The notes: generated by a model from the letters alone, not told the origin. Positions 19,047 to 31,192 are shown, numbered from the stretch's first letter. The stretch: DNA of 64,000 nucleotides from Sedimentisphaerales bacterium (GCA_963708075.1 OY970194.1:2240001-2304000), one strand, 5' to 3'. Program-made: numbers and translations.

Positions 19047-19981
19047 TTACTCGAACGGGCGGTCGAGGTCGAAATCGGGAAGGTAGCGGTGGCGGCTGTC
19101 GAGCTCCTGGATGAAGGCGTTTTCCAGGCCCAGCTCGACGGCGTAGTCGGTGATCTCGTCGTACTCGTGGACGGTCAAGGGCCGGTTGATCTCGGGATAT
19201 TGGGCGGCACGGTACTGGGGGGAGTACTGCGACATGATACTGACATGGGTGGCCGGGGAGAGTTTGGCCAGGAGGGCCAGACACTGCCGGCTGTTGTCCA
19301 CGGCGCCGGGCAGGACCAGATGGCGGACAAGCAGCCCGCGACGAGCGATGCCGTCCTCGTCCACCTCCAGGTGGCCCACCTGCTCCAGCATCTCACGGAG
19401 CACGCCGGGAATGATGTCGGCGTAATCGCCGGCGGTCGAGTAGCGCCGGGCCAGGTCATTGGACAGGTACTTGATATCCGGCAGATAGATATCGACAAGC
19501 CCGCGCACCTGCCGCAGCGAGTTCACGGAATCGTACCCGTTCGAATTGTACACGATGGGAATCGCCAGGCCCTTGTTCTTCGCCGCAACGATGGCGTCGG
19601 CCGCCTGACAGATCACGTGAGAAGGCGGAGACCAGGCTGATGTTGTGAGCCCCGGCCTCTTGGAGGCGCAGCATCTCGCCCGCAAGAGTTTCCGTCGTCA
19701 AGCTCTGCATCTGGCTCGCCCGGAAGTCCTGGCTGATTTGATGATTCTGGCAAAAGACACAGCGGAGATTGCACCCGGCGAAGAAGATGGTACCGGAGCC
19801 GCGCGTTCCCGAAATCGGCGGCTCCTCACCGAGGTGCAGCCCGGCATAAGAAATCAGCGCATCGCCGGCGACCCGGCAGAATCCGGTTCTCGCCTTCCAG
19901 CCGGTTCACGCCGCACCTGCGCGGGCAGCATTCGCAATGCAGCAGTTGATCTCTAAATCGTTGAATCATAGCCAGGGCCAT
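19047..19981 (-). CDS. Radical SAM protein, PflX-like, with two frameshifts (about 19887 and 19627)
   Basis: C..CPRRCGVNR; GEEPPISGTRGSGTIFFAGCNLRCVFCQN; VDIYLPDIKY; LLVRHLVLPG spread over three frames. Confidence 0.85.
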
Positions 19982-20118
19982 CTTACCACAAAACCCGCAG
20001 TCTGTCGTTCTCAGGACCGGCGGGGTGAGAATCATCATTATCCGTTGAGTTTTTCGCCCGCACGCACGTCTATCCTACATAGACGTAAGCACGAGCATTT
20101 GTTCGCTCTTGAAAGGAC

Positions 20119-20310
20119 GTGATGAACATGGGTCCCGGTCTTCCGCAACAATCGTCGTACGCCATCGGCTGGGGAACGCTGGCCCTGATCAACGCCGGGC
20201 TCGCCCAGGCCAAGAACCGCAGCGGCTTCAACTGGTTCCTCCTCTCGCTTCTGCTCGGCCCCATCGCCACCTTCCTCCTGGTCCTCACCGACCCCCTGCC
20301 CAGGCCCTGA
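20119..20310 (+). CDS. Small membrane protein
   Basis: GWGTLALINAGLAQ.KNRSG..WFLLSLLLGP.AT pattern; AAAGGA RBS. Confidence 0.7.
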   Translation: MMNMGPGLPQQSSYAIGWGTLALINAGLAQAKNRSGFNWFLLSLLLGPIATFLLVLTDPLPRP

Positions 20311-20415
20311 TCAAGCCGCTTTTGTACCGCCCAATTCGTATGGCTCCACGGGAGCGAAGTGGTGGCGAGCGAGGACCTGGCTTGTGTACCTCGAACAGAG
20401 GGAAAGAGCAAAAGG

Positions 20416-21723
20416 TCAATTTGAGTCCAGGACAACACGAAAACCGAGGCCAACGCTCCGGAAATCGGGTGAGAAGACGTGGCGATTGGCGGAGCGGCAG
20501 AACCGGGCGCCGACGATCCAACCACCGCCGCGACAGACACGAGATTGCCCGGAGGAGGCCCCGAACGGGTTGACAGTCTGCGCGTTTGCGTAGCCCGCAA
20601 ACCAGTCCGAACACCATTCATAGACGTTGCCATGCATATCATACAGGCCAAACGAGTTCGGCTTCTTCTGACCGACCGCGTGGGTCGTACTGCCGCTGTT
20701 GCCCGAGTACCACGCATATTCGCCCAACTGCGCATCGTTCAGGTCATCGCCGTAGCAGAACCGAGTCTTTGAGCCGGCCCGGCAAGCGTACTCCCACTCC
20801 GCCTCCGTGGGTAGCCTGCCTCCAATCTTCCGGCAACACGCTGCGGCCTCCTCCCATGAGACAGTCTCGACGGGCAGATTCTGCCCGCTGAGCTTGCTCG
20901 GCTTGGTCCCCATGGCGGCCAGATATTGCTCTTGAGTCACCTCGTATTTGCCGATGTAGAATGCCTTGGCAATTTGAACCGTGCGCACTGGTCCTTCGTC
21001 GCTATCCCTTCCCTTTTCGGAATCAGGAGAACCCATGTCGAAGCTCCCGGCCGGCATCAAAACAAACTCCATGCTGACCCCCTTGCCCAGATCGATCGTT
21101 TTGCCGGTCAGGGCAGGTCCGGCACCTGTCGGCGGTGCGGGCCGGCCCGTATCCGCTGCGCCTGGCGCGACAACCGTTACGGCTGGAACTGGAGCACCGC
21201 CCCCGGAAACGTTGGCCGCAGACGCGGCGAGGATGACCCTCTTCGGTTCGTCAGTTGACGGTTGCGGCTGATTGTTTTGCTTCTGAACCGAGGTGACCTT
21301 CTGTATCTGTTCCTGCACCTGACTCCTGAGCTTCTCTACCATGGCCCGGGCATCTGCAAGTTCCGCAAGGGTTGAATCTCTATCCCGAGTGAGTTGAGTC
21401 AACTGGTCTTTCAGGGTTGTCACCTCTTTCGCGGCCGCCCGAAGCTTATCATGGGCCTGGGTGACGGCGGCCAGCTTGGTCTTGACGCTCTCAAGGGATG
21501 CCGAGAGATCGTTGACCTTTGTCTTCAAGCCGCCTCTTTCTTTTTGTGTCGCCTCCAATTCGGCCTTAACCTTTTCAAGTTGGATGTTGACCTCTGCAAG
21601 AGTCGTCCTCGCCGCTTCGGCATTGGCTGCGCCCTGCTCGTTCTCAGCATCCTTGCAGCCGCTGAGAACGAGCAGGCAAAACAATGCGAGCAAGGCCAAG
21701 CGATGCGTGGCGGGACTGGCCAT
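20416..21723 (-). CDS. Lipoprotein with coiled coil and C-terminal FGE-sulfatase (SUMF1) domain
   Basis: LSGC lipobox; RLPTEAEWEYACRAG, PNSFGLYDMHGNVYEW, RGG.W, GFRV. Confidence 0.9.
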   Translation of the reverse strand: MASPATHRLALLALFCLLVLSGCKDAENEQGAANAEAARTTLAEVNIQLEKVKAELEATQKERGGLKTKVNDLSASLESVKTKLAAVTQAHDKLRAAAKEVTTLKDQLTQLTRDRDSTLAELADARAMVEKLRSQVQEQIQKVTSVQKQNNQPQPSTDEPKRVILAASAANVSGGGAPVPAVTVVAPGAADTGRPAPPTGAGPALTGKTIDLGKGVSMEFVLMPAGSFDMGSPDSEKGRDSDEGPVRTVQIAKAFYIGKYEVTQEQYLAAMGTKPSKLSGQNLPVETVSWEEAAACCRKIGGRLPTEAEWEYACRAGSKTRFCYGDDLNDAQLGEYAWYSGNSGSTTHAVGQKKPNSFGLYDMHGNVYEWCSDWFAGYANAQTVNPFGASSGQSRVCRGGGWIVGARFCRSANRHVFSPDFRSVGLGFRVVLDSN

Positions 21724-22296
21724 CTCTCTATTCCTTTCTATTGTCGGAAATCAAGCGTCTAATGCTGATGATACGTCATAGGGCCCACAGACTTGGATAC
21801 CTATCGGCTGTTTCAATTGTACTTGGACGAACAGGTGGCGGCAATGGGAGTCTCCACTTCCTTTCCGGTTGCCTTCTCAAGCCTGCATCGGGGGGAGGAT
21901 CATACTTCGGTCTCGGGAGCTTTCCTGTCACGACGGTGACGGTGCGGAGGGGAATTCCGGGCGCTTTACGTTTCCTGGTCTTGAATTGAGGATGGCGTCC
22001 CAGCTATAGCAGGCGGTGCACAAATGGTTCGAAAAACGCACGATTCGCGCCACGGTTTAGAATGAAAAACGGCTGTTAAGTAGAAAAACTTTACTCCCGC
22101 CGGCACAAGGACTTACGTCAATTCGCCTGTCGCCGGCGCACAGAATTTTCGACCGATTCGCGCATCTCGGAGCATATATGGAGGGACGCGTTATTTCCCT
22201 CCGGCGGGCGGCGCATCGAGCCCGGCGCGGATCGGCCGGGAGCGGACCGATGCGTGGACGGCCCGCCAGCGTCAACCCGTGTTGGCAGGTACACGC

Positions 22297-22944
22297 ATGA
22301 GCGACCGCATGTTTCGCGTCCAAGTCTTCCTCGAAACCCATTTCGCCCCCCTCCTGCTCCTGTGTCGTCGGCTGCTCGTCGGCTACCCCTACCGCAAGAT
22401 CCCGCTGACGCAGGGCAAGTTCGCCCTCGTGGATCCGGAGGACTATGCCGCGCTCGCCCACCACAAGTGGTGTGCCGCCAGACAGGGCAACAGCTTCTAC
22501 GCCGTGCGCAGCGAGGGCGGCCGCCAGCTCCGCATGCATCGCGTGATCATGAATGCCCCCGCTGATAGGGTCGTCGACCACATCGACCACCAGGGCCTCA
22601 ACAACACCAAGCGCAACCTGCGCCCCTGCAACAAAGCCCAGAACGCGCACGATCAGCGCCCCCAGCAGGGCCGCTCATCCAAGTTCAAAGGAGTCTGCTG
22701 GAACAAGCGAGAGCAAAAGTGGTACTCGCGAATCCAGTACAACGGCCGCCCGCGCTCCCTCGGCCTGTTCGCCAACGAGCGTGACGCCGCCCGCGCCCTC
22801 CACGGCGAATATGCCTTCCTGAATCTCCCCCCCAAACCCTCCCTCCTGGCCGCTCTCAAACGAATCCTGACCCGCGGCCGATTCACGCCAACACGCACGG
22901 GTCCTCAACCACGCGTAACCAAGGTTGTGCCCAAGGATTCGTAG
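22297..22944 (+). CDS. HNH endonuclease with C-terminal AP2 DNA-binding domain
   Basis: IPLTQGKFALVD, MHRVI, VVDHID..GLNN...NLR, SSKFKGV.W...W..RI...LGLF. Confidence 0.85.
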   Translation: MSDRMFRVQVFLETHFAPLLLLCRRLLVGYPYRKIPLTQGKFALVDPEDYAALAHHKWCAARQGNSFYAVRSEGGRQLRMHRVIMNAPADRVVDHIDHQGLNNTKRNLRPCNKAQNAHDQRPQQGRSSKFKGVCWNKREQKWYSRIQYNGRPRSLGLFANERDAARALHGEYAFLNLPPKPSLLAALKRILTRGRFTPTRTGPQPRVTKVVPKDS

Positions 22945-23161
22945 GGTGGGTTCTCAACCCACGCGTCTCCAATATCCCTATCAACCCGGTCAAGCTCGGC
23001 ATGGTTGCGGCCCCGACGGACTGGCCCTGGTCAACCTGCCACCGGTACCTCAGTGACGCCTTTTGCGGCCGACAGAGCCTTCTCAACCAACGCTCCGAGT
23101 TCGAGGGTATTTCTGGAGGTGAATGAAGGACTTTAACGCGTGGGTTGAGAACCCACCCTAC
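22941..23161 (+). mobile_element. Internally deleted RAYT (REPtron) copy between inverted GTAG REPs
   Basis: GTAGGGTGGGTTCTCAACCCACGCG at both ends; interior aligns with the last about 145 nt of RAYT 24418..24969. Confidence 0.85.
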
Positions 23162-23229
23162 ATGCTCTGCTCCAGCGGAACAAATGGTTCGATGGCGGGC
23201 GGGCAGGCGAATAGCAGGCCGGTGCTCTC

Positions 23230-24042
23230 TCAGCGGGCAGGATTATAGCCTTGGCGCATGAATTCGAGATCGTCGGTCCCATCGTTGACGGGCCACTGGA
23301 TGGCTTTGGGATAGTCCACGTAGGTCATGGCCAGGGTGCTCTTCTGCCGCCACTGATGCTGGACGGCGTGACCGTCGGAGAAGCCCAGCACGCTGAGCGA
23401 GCCATGGCGCACGACGATCGGGTCCCACCAGCGGTCCCCCTGCTTCTCCAGGTTCCACGACCCCCAGTTCCAGCCGCCCACGTCGGTCTTCTCCTCGAGG
23501 AAGACATACTTCATGCCCGGATTCTTGATCTCCGTGAGCTTCTTATAGGAGGGATATCCCCAGTTCTGCATGAGCCAACTGGTCGCCCCGGTGCCGACGT
23601 CGCCGTTCATGCTGCCGGGAATGCCGTAACTGCGATGCGTCAACTCGCTGCGGTTTCTGCGGTCGCTGGGGCAGTGATAGAGATCGACCTCCCGCGCGTA
23701 GGGGAACAGGGCGCCGCGTTCGCAGCCGCGTTTCTGATCTTCCAGCCTGTCCGCGGCGATCGGCACCAGGGTCCCGTCCTCAGTCTGCGGCAGTTGCACC
23801 CAGTCATATTTTATGCTGGGCGAGCTGGTATGCCCGTCGTGGCCGCCAACGAGCTTGTGGTCGTTGTCCTGGGCGTACAGAATCCAGGCCAGCACGAGCT
23901 GGTGTTGATTCGAGAGGCACACGCTGCCCGCCGCCTGCCTCTTGATCCTCGAGAAGGCGGGGATCATAATACCCATCAACAGGGCGATGATGGCAATGAC
24001 GACCAGCAGCTCGATGAGCGTGAAACCGCATCGTCTCTTCAT
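23230..24042 (-). CDS. Prepilin-type N-terminal cleavage/methylation protein (planctomycete DUF1559-like)
   Basis: GFTLIELLVVIAIIALL, C.SN..QL, CPSD, RH....LGFSDGH. Confidence 0.9.
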   Translation of the reverse strand: MKRRCGFTLIELLVVIAIIALLMGIMIPAFSRIKRQAAGSVCLSNQHQLVLAWILYAQDNDHKLVGGHDGHTSSPSIKYDWVQLPQTEDGTLVPIAADRLEDQKRGCERGALFPYAREVDLYHCPSDRRNRSELTHRSYGIPGSMNGDVGTGATSWLMQNWGYPSYKKLTEIKNPGMKYVFLEEKTDVGGWNWGSWNLEKQGDRWWDPIVVRHGSLSVLGFSDGHAVQHQWRQKSTLAMTYVDYPKAIQWPVNDGTDDLEFMRQGYNPAR

Positions 24043-24369
24043 AGCGGCGTCTCCCATAGTACCATCCTCACCGGTCCGGCCCGCGGCAACCGGCTCACCT
24101 TTCTCCCTCTCAGTCTACCAAACCCGCACAAATACACAAGAAAAGACTCCCCCAATCCACCGAATCTCTGACGGGAATACGGCCAATTCTGTCCGTGGTC
24201 CGCACCCGGCGTCCTCAGTTGTCGAGCCCTCTACGGTGAATACGCCTCCTCAACCTCCCCCCAAACCCTCCCTGTTGGCCACCATCAAACAAAGACTGAC
24301 CCGCCGCCGATCCACCCCGACACACACGCATTCTCAACAGGGAGCGACTACGGCCGTGTCCAAGAATTC

Positions 24370-25004
24370 GTAGGGTGGGTTCTTAACCCACGCGTGATTT
24401 TGCAGAAGGATCGCGATATGTCCCATTATCGACGCGCCGATTCTCCAGGCGGCTGCTATTTCTTCACCGTCGTGACCTACGACAGGCGTCCGATCTTCGC
24501 CGAGGAGGCAGCCCGAGCCTGTTTGCGTCACGCGTGGCAGACGGTGAAGGAGCGCAAGCCCTTTGAGATCACCGCCCTGTGTCTCCTGCCGGAATACCTG
24601 CACTGCATCTGGAGACTGCCGCCCGACGATGCCGATTTCTCCAGCCGCTGGGCCGGCATCAAGGCGACCTTCACACGCGAGTACCTTCGCGCCGGCGGTC
24701 ACGACGTCGCTCGCAAGCCATCCCACCTGCGCAGCAATGAGGCCGCCATCTGGCAACGACGATTCTGGGAACACAAGATCCGTGATGAGCTCGACCTCAG
24801 CAGGCATATCAACTATATCCATTTCAACCCGGTCAAACACGGCTTAGTCACAGACCCAACCGACTGGTCCTGGTCAACCTACCACCAATACCTGCGCGAA
24901 GGCTACTACGGCCGACAATCCCTCCTCAATCAACGCTCCGAGTTCGAAGATATTTCCGGAGGCGAATAGCGGACATTAACGCGTGGGTTGAGAACCCACC
25001 CTAC
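24370..25004 (+). mobile_element. REPtron: RAYT flanked by inverted GTAG REPs
   Basis: REPs at 24370-24394 and 24980-25004; a further copy at 38072-38096. Confidence 0.88.
24418..24969 (+). CDS. REP-associated tyrosine transposase (RAYT, Y1/HUH); HUH motif reads EYLH
   Basis: YRR...GGCYFFTVVT, LP.YLHCIW, WQRRFWEH.IRD, YIHFNPVKHG, W.WS. Confidence 0.92.
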   Translation: MSHYRRADSPGGCYFFTVVTYDRRPIFAEEAARACLRHAWQTVKERKPFEITALCLLPEYLHCIWRLPPDDADFSSRWAGIKATFTREYLRAGGHDVARKPSHLRSNEAAIWQRRFWEHKIRDELDLSRHINYIHFNPVKHGLVTDPTDWSWSTYHQYLREGYYGRQSLLNQRSEFEDISGGE

Positions 25005-25884
25005 ATACTTGCGACCGACGGCGGACAGTTTGCGTCGCCGGTGGAACATTGTCACGCGATTTGCTCAGACCTGCAACACGACATCCACTTGAGGAATTGC
25101 AGATTCTACGGTGGCCGATCCCCTCCATTAATTCGTCCTTGAAATTGTAGACCAGCCTGTCCACTTCCCACGGCTCGCGCGCGGCATCTTCCGCAATCTG
25201 CCGGTAGAATTCTTCCTCCCCTGCATAGCTGTCGAAGTGGTATCCCAAGGCATTTGACAGGCTCTTAATGCGAGCGTCCACAGCAATCGACTGATGGAAA
25301 TCGGAATCATACGCATCCATCCAGATATTACGTGCGTACTTGTCGCCAATGCCATAAAACTGCTTCATGAAGCGGATCTTCGCGTCTGTACCTTTCTGAG
25401 CCAGTGCTCTGCTTTTCGCTCCCTTCAACCCACCCATGTTCTGAAGGATCGTCACATTACGGTTCAGGAGTTCCGCCTTTCGCAGGGGCCGATTCACCTT
25501 GGCATCGCGCAATATGCGTTCAATGTGCGCTCTGCGTTTGCTCTCCGACATTCGCATCAATACAGGAAACGTCACGCGACGATAATTGCATCGGTTATCG
25601 ATCAAACCGGCTCTTCCTCGTGAGTTGCCCCATGTGGAGAAGCTAAGGAGAAGGGCGTGCCAGATGAAGTCATCGAGGGCAAACCTTTCTTTGCCTTCGC
25701 GCTTCAAGGATGATAGTCTCCTGCGCATCTCGCGCGTGGGATTTCTGAGTAGAACTACCAACTTCTGGCGTCGTTGTTCTCGTCTCATTGATCTCCTCTT
25801 ATCTATCGCTCGACATAGGTCGGCTTGGCCTTCGGCGTGATTTCGGGGATGCCTTTTGACTTCCATCCGGCATCGTTGTGCCAC
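24976..25884 (-). CDS. Hypothetical protein with helix-hairpin-helix DNA glycosylase-like motifs
   Basis: FYGIGDKYARN hairpin, IAVDARI, WEVDRLVY; lower GC than neighbours; start uncertain. Confidence 0.55.
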   Translation of the reverse strand: MAQRCRMEVKRHPRNHAEGQADLCRAIDKRRSMRREQRRQKLVVLLRNPTREMRRRLSSLKREGKERFALDDFIWHALLLSFSTWGNSRGRAGLIDNRCNYRRVTFPVLMRMSESKRRAHIERILRDAKVNRPLRKAELLNRNVTILQNMGGLKGAKSRALAQKGTDAKIRFMKQFYGIGDKYARNIWMDAYDSDFHQSIAVDARIKSLSNALGYHFDSYAGEEEFYRQIAEDAAREPWEVDRLVYNFKDELMEGIGHRRICNSSSGCRVAGLSKSRDNVPPATQTVRRRSQVCRVGSQPTR

Positions 25885-25910
25885 CGACTACGCGAATGGC
25901 AACCCAGGGT

Positions 25911-26636
25911 TCAGACGGTGCGCGGCCGAGGCACGTCTGCATATCGAATCCGGTCCATCACATGCCGGCTCAGGCACAGGCGAATGATGGCGGCCGTCAG
26001 ATCGCTGGCCTTTTGTCGGCCACCATGAAGTGGGCAGCGGCCGGCCTGGTCTGTTCTGTGCCGTGGGAGAATCGAGCGACGAACCTCCTCCAATGTCCCC
26101 TCGTCCACAGGCAAGCCCGCACCCGACATCGTTACGAACTCGTAGTAAGGCAGAATCCTTGTTGCGACCACCCAGCCCTTCCTGGCAGTCCCGCCGGAAC
26201 CTATATCGACGACCAGATACTCACACCCCTCCGCTAACAGGTCGGTGACGCGAATGCCAACGCCCGGCAGAACCTCTGTTACCTGGGCGAGCGTGTAGAA
26301 CGACTCCAGCATGGCCTTAAGCACGGCGTATTCCTCTGAGCCGGGGTCCGGATTCGCATTCGCGACGTACTGCTCGACGGCGTTGCCCGCCTTCGGGCGA
26401 AAATCGTGGATGCAATAGTCCATCAAGACGCTCATCTCGTCCTCAGATTCGAAGACCAGCGTGCCCCGCTGCCAAAGGCCGAGTTTCTTGGCACACGTCT
26501 CAAACGCCCGTCTCGGCAGATACTTGGGCAGGACCTCGCCATTCAGTTTCCGCCCAATCTGCCGCAACCGCCGATACCGCTCCACCCGCCGAGCTTCGTC
26601 GCCGCTCTTGAACAGCCAATCCATCATCCGTGTCAC
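25911..26636 (-). CDS. Hypothetical protein
   Basis: 241-aa ORF with plausible codon usage. Confidence 0.65.
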   Translation of the reverse strand: MTRMMDWLFKSGDEARRVERYRRLRQIGRKLNGEVLPKYLPRRAFETCAKKLGLWQRGTLVFESEDEMSVLMDYCIHDFRPKAGNAVEQYVANANPDPGSEEYAVLKAMLESFYTLAQVTEVLPGVGIRVTDLLAEGCEYLVVDIGSGGTARKGWVVATRILPYYEFVTMSGAGLPVDEGTLEEVRRSILPRHRTDQAGRCPLHGGRQKASDLTAAIIRLCLSRHVMDRIRYADVPRPRTV

Positions 26637-26787
26637 TCCTGATCACAATTGCGAGACTCCTTCCCACACCGACCATCCGCTCGCAGTGTAGCACCGGCCA
26701 TCAGCAGGGGCAAACCCTACTTGGTTGCCCCTTGGTTCTCCTCGCGATAACACAGAGGGCAACGCCGCGCAGCACGGAGAAACGGCA

Positions 26788-26855
26788 GAGGCCGGCTCCT
26801 ATGCGGAACCGGCCCTTGTAAAGAACCCCTGGCAATCACCTACTCTGGCCGCAAA
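26788..26855 (-). repeat. Displaced 5S rRNA 3'-end fragment plus terminator (copy 3)
   Basis: GGAACCGGCCCT...CCTGGCAATCACCTACTCT matches 27988-28028. Confidence 0.85.
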
Positions 26856-26935
26856 TACTCTGCTGACAACCGCGTTCTCCAAGGACTCCAACTCGCCCGT
26901 GCGGACCGCGCAAACGTGACGGCATACTCAGCCAT
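26850..26935 (-). pseudogene. Truncated RelE/ParE-family toxin
   Basis: MAEYAVTFARSAR / ELESLENAVVSRVF (frameshifted), start overlaps the antitoxin end, cut off at the 5S fragment. Confidence 0.7.
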
Positions 26936-27119
26936 TGAGTTTGCCCTTGCGTTGCAGGCGTCTCTTTACCGAGGCCAGCGACTCGCGACGCTCATTCACT
27001 CGGCTTTGGGCGATCAGCGTGTCGTAGAAGTCCTCCCAGACATCCCCGAATTTCTTCAAATCGATGACGACCGCCTTCTCGGCGCCCTTATCAGCCACCA
27101 CGAATTCGATACCACTCAT
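26928..27119 (-). CDS. Putative antitoxin (63 aa)
   Basis: IEFVV..KG..KAVVIDL...WEDFYD pattern directly upstream of the RelE-like remnant; GAGGTGG RBS. Confidence 0.7.
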   Translation of the reverse strand: MSGIEFVVADKGAEKAVVIDLKKFGDVWEDFYDTLIAQSRVNERRESLASVKRRLQRKGKLNG

Positions 27120-27171
27120 AACAAACCACCTCTCTCCGGCCCCAGGTCGGACTGAGAGCCTTCAAAGGACT

Positions 27172-27200
27172 ATTATGAAGCGGCCAGACATTCCGGGCAA
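27172..27200 (-). promoter_or_regulatory. Sigma70-type promoter of the antitoxin-relE cassette
   Basis: TTGCCC-N17-CATAAT. Confidence 0.55.
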
Positions 27201-27230
27201 GTAGTTTCCTGCAAGCCCCCGCGCAAAAGG

Positions 27231-27308
27231 AAAGCCCTGTCGAGGCTACCCGACAGGGCTTGTAAAAACTTCCTGGCCATCACCTACTCTCGCCGCAAAG
27301 CGACTACC
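27231..27308 (-). repeat. Displaced 5S rRNA 3'-end fragment plus terminator (copy 2)
   Basis: AAGCCCTGTCG..CGACAGGGCTT hairpin next to TCCTGGCCATCACCTACTCTCGCCGCAAAGCGACTACC. Confidence 0.85.
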
Positions 27309-27456
27309 CATTTCACCGCCATTCAGATGGCATATCCGGCGACTCACCGGCAGATTTGTGCTATCCCGGGGCATGGGTGCGGTGTGAAATGCCAGGTGAG
27401 CCGCGAATGCCTGCTCGGTCCCATCGATGAGCATACGCGGCCGGGACTGGGAAACG

Positions 27457-27639
27457 ATGAAAGAGAAGATAGTCGAAGACTGGCTCTCACTCGCTCAGTA
27501 CGATCTGGCAACCGCTTACATCGAATCCCGCTACACTGAGGACATTCAGGAGTTGGCCGCAATCCTGACCGAGGCAAAGGCCGGTGCGATTCTGAAATCT
27601 ACGCGCGAGGTGTTTGCATGGATCAGGTCGAAGCTGTAA
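27457..27639 (+). pseudogene. HEPN-domain protein with internal deletion
   Basis: W...A.YDLATA fused directly to YIESRY; the central QQA.EK...H.L region is missing; overlaps the MNT gene. Confidence 0.7.
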
Positions 27640-27941
27640 TTCGCGAGAAGATTCTTCGATTCCACGAATCGGCCAGCCGGCAGTTCCCGATCCGCAAGGT
27701 GCTGCTCTACGGCTCGTACGCAAAGGGACGCGCCACGCCGCAGAGCGACATCGACGTCGCCGTCGTCGTGGAGGAGGCCGACCATACGAGGCGCATTGAG
27801 ATCACCGCAGCGCTCTTCCACTGGGCAGCCCAAGTCGACCCGGCGATAGAACCCAAGTGCGTCTTTTGGGATGAGTACAAAAACCCAGACACAGCCAGCA
27901 TTCTGTCCGAGATCATCGCCACGGCCATCGAGATCGTGTGA
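27618..27941 (+). CDS. Minimal nucleotidyltransferase (MNT) antitoxin
   Basis: LYGSYAKG.....SDIDVAVV motif, 107 aa. Confidence 0.9.
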   Translation: MDQVEAVIREKILRFHESASRQFPIRKVLLYGSYAKGRATPQSDIDVAVVVEEADHTRRIEITAALFHWAAQVDPAIEPKCVFWDEYKNPDTASILSEIIATAIEIV

Positions 27942-27965
27942 AGCGTCGCGTTTCACCGAGTAAAT

Positions 27966-27999
27966 AAAAAAGGGCCGGGTCCTTTAGGGAACCGGCCCT
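27966..27999 (-). terminator. Intrinsic terminator of the rRNA operon
   Basis: AGGGCCGG..CC/GG..CCGGCCCT hairpin followed by a U-tract on the minus strand. Confidence 0.8.
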
Positions 28000-28007
28000 C
28001 ATAAAAA

Positions 28008-28119
28008 TTCCTGGCAATCACCTACTCTCGCCCCGAAGGACTACCATCGGCCGCGACGGGCTTAGCTTCTGTGTTCGGAATGGGAACAGGCGTTTCCCCG
28101 TACGTAAGGTCACCAGGAA
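28008..28119 (-). rRNA. rrf: 5S rRNA
   Basis: CCTGG terminal helix, CCCATTCCGAACACAGAAGCTAAG, GAGAGTAGGT; about 110 nt. Confidence 0.95.
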
Positions 28120-28263
28120 ATTCGTATATCAGGCTTTCGCCTGACAATTTCCAATCTCAGATCTCAAAGAGCCCCCCCTGCCTGTGCAGGGAGGAATCTT
28201 TGAAGTGTAAGCGGATGCAATGAGCGTCATTGGCTACTTGACCCATGCAATCCATGATTGATA

Positions 28264-31192
<2,929 letters not shown>

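Noticed and set aside
20416..21000. Diversity-generating retroelement target (FGE/CLec domain)
   Set aside because: No reverse transcriptase or template repeat is seen in the window.
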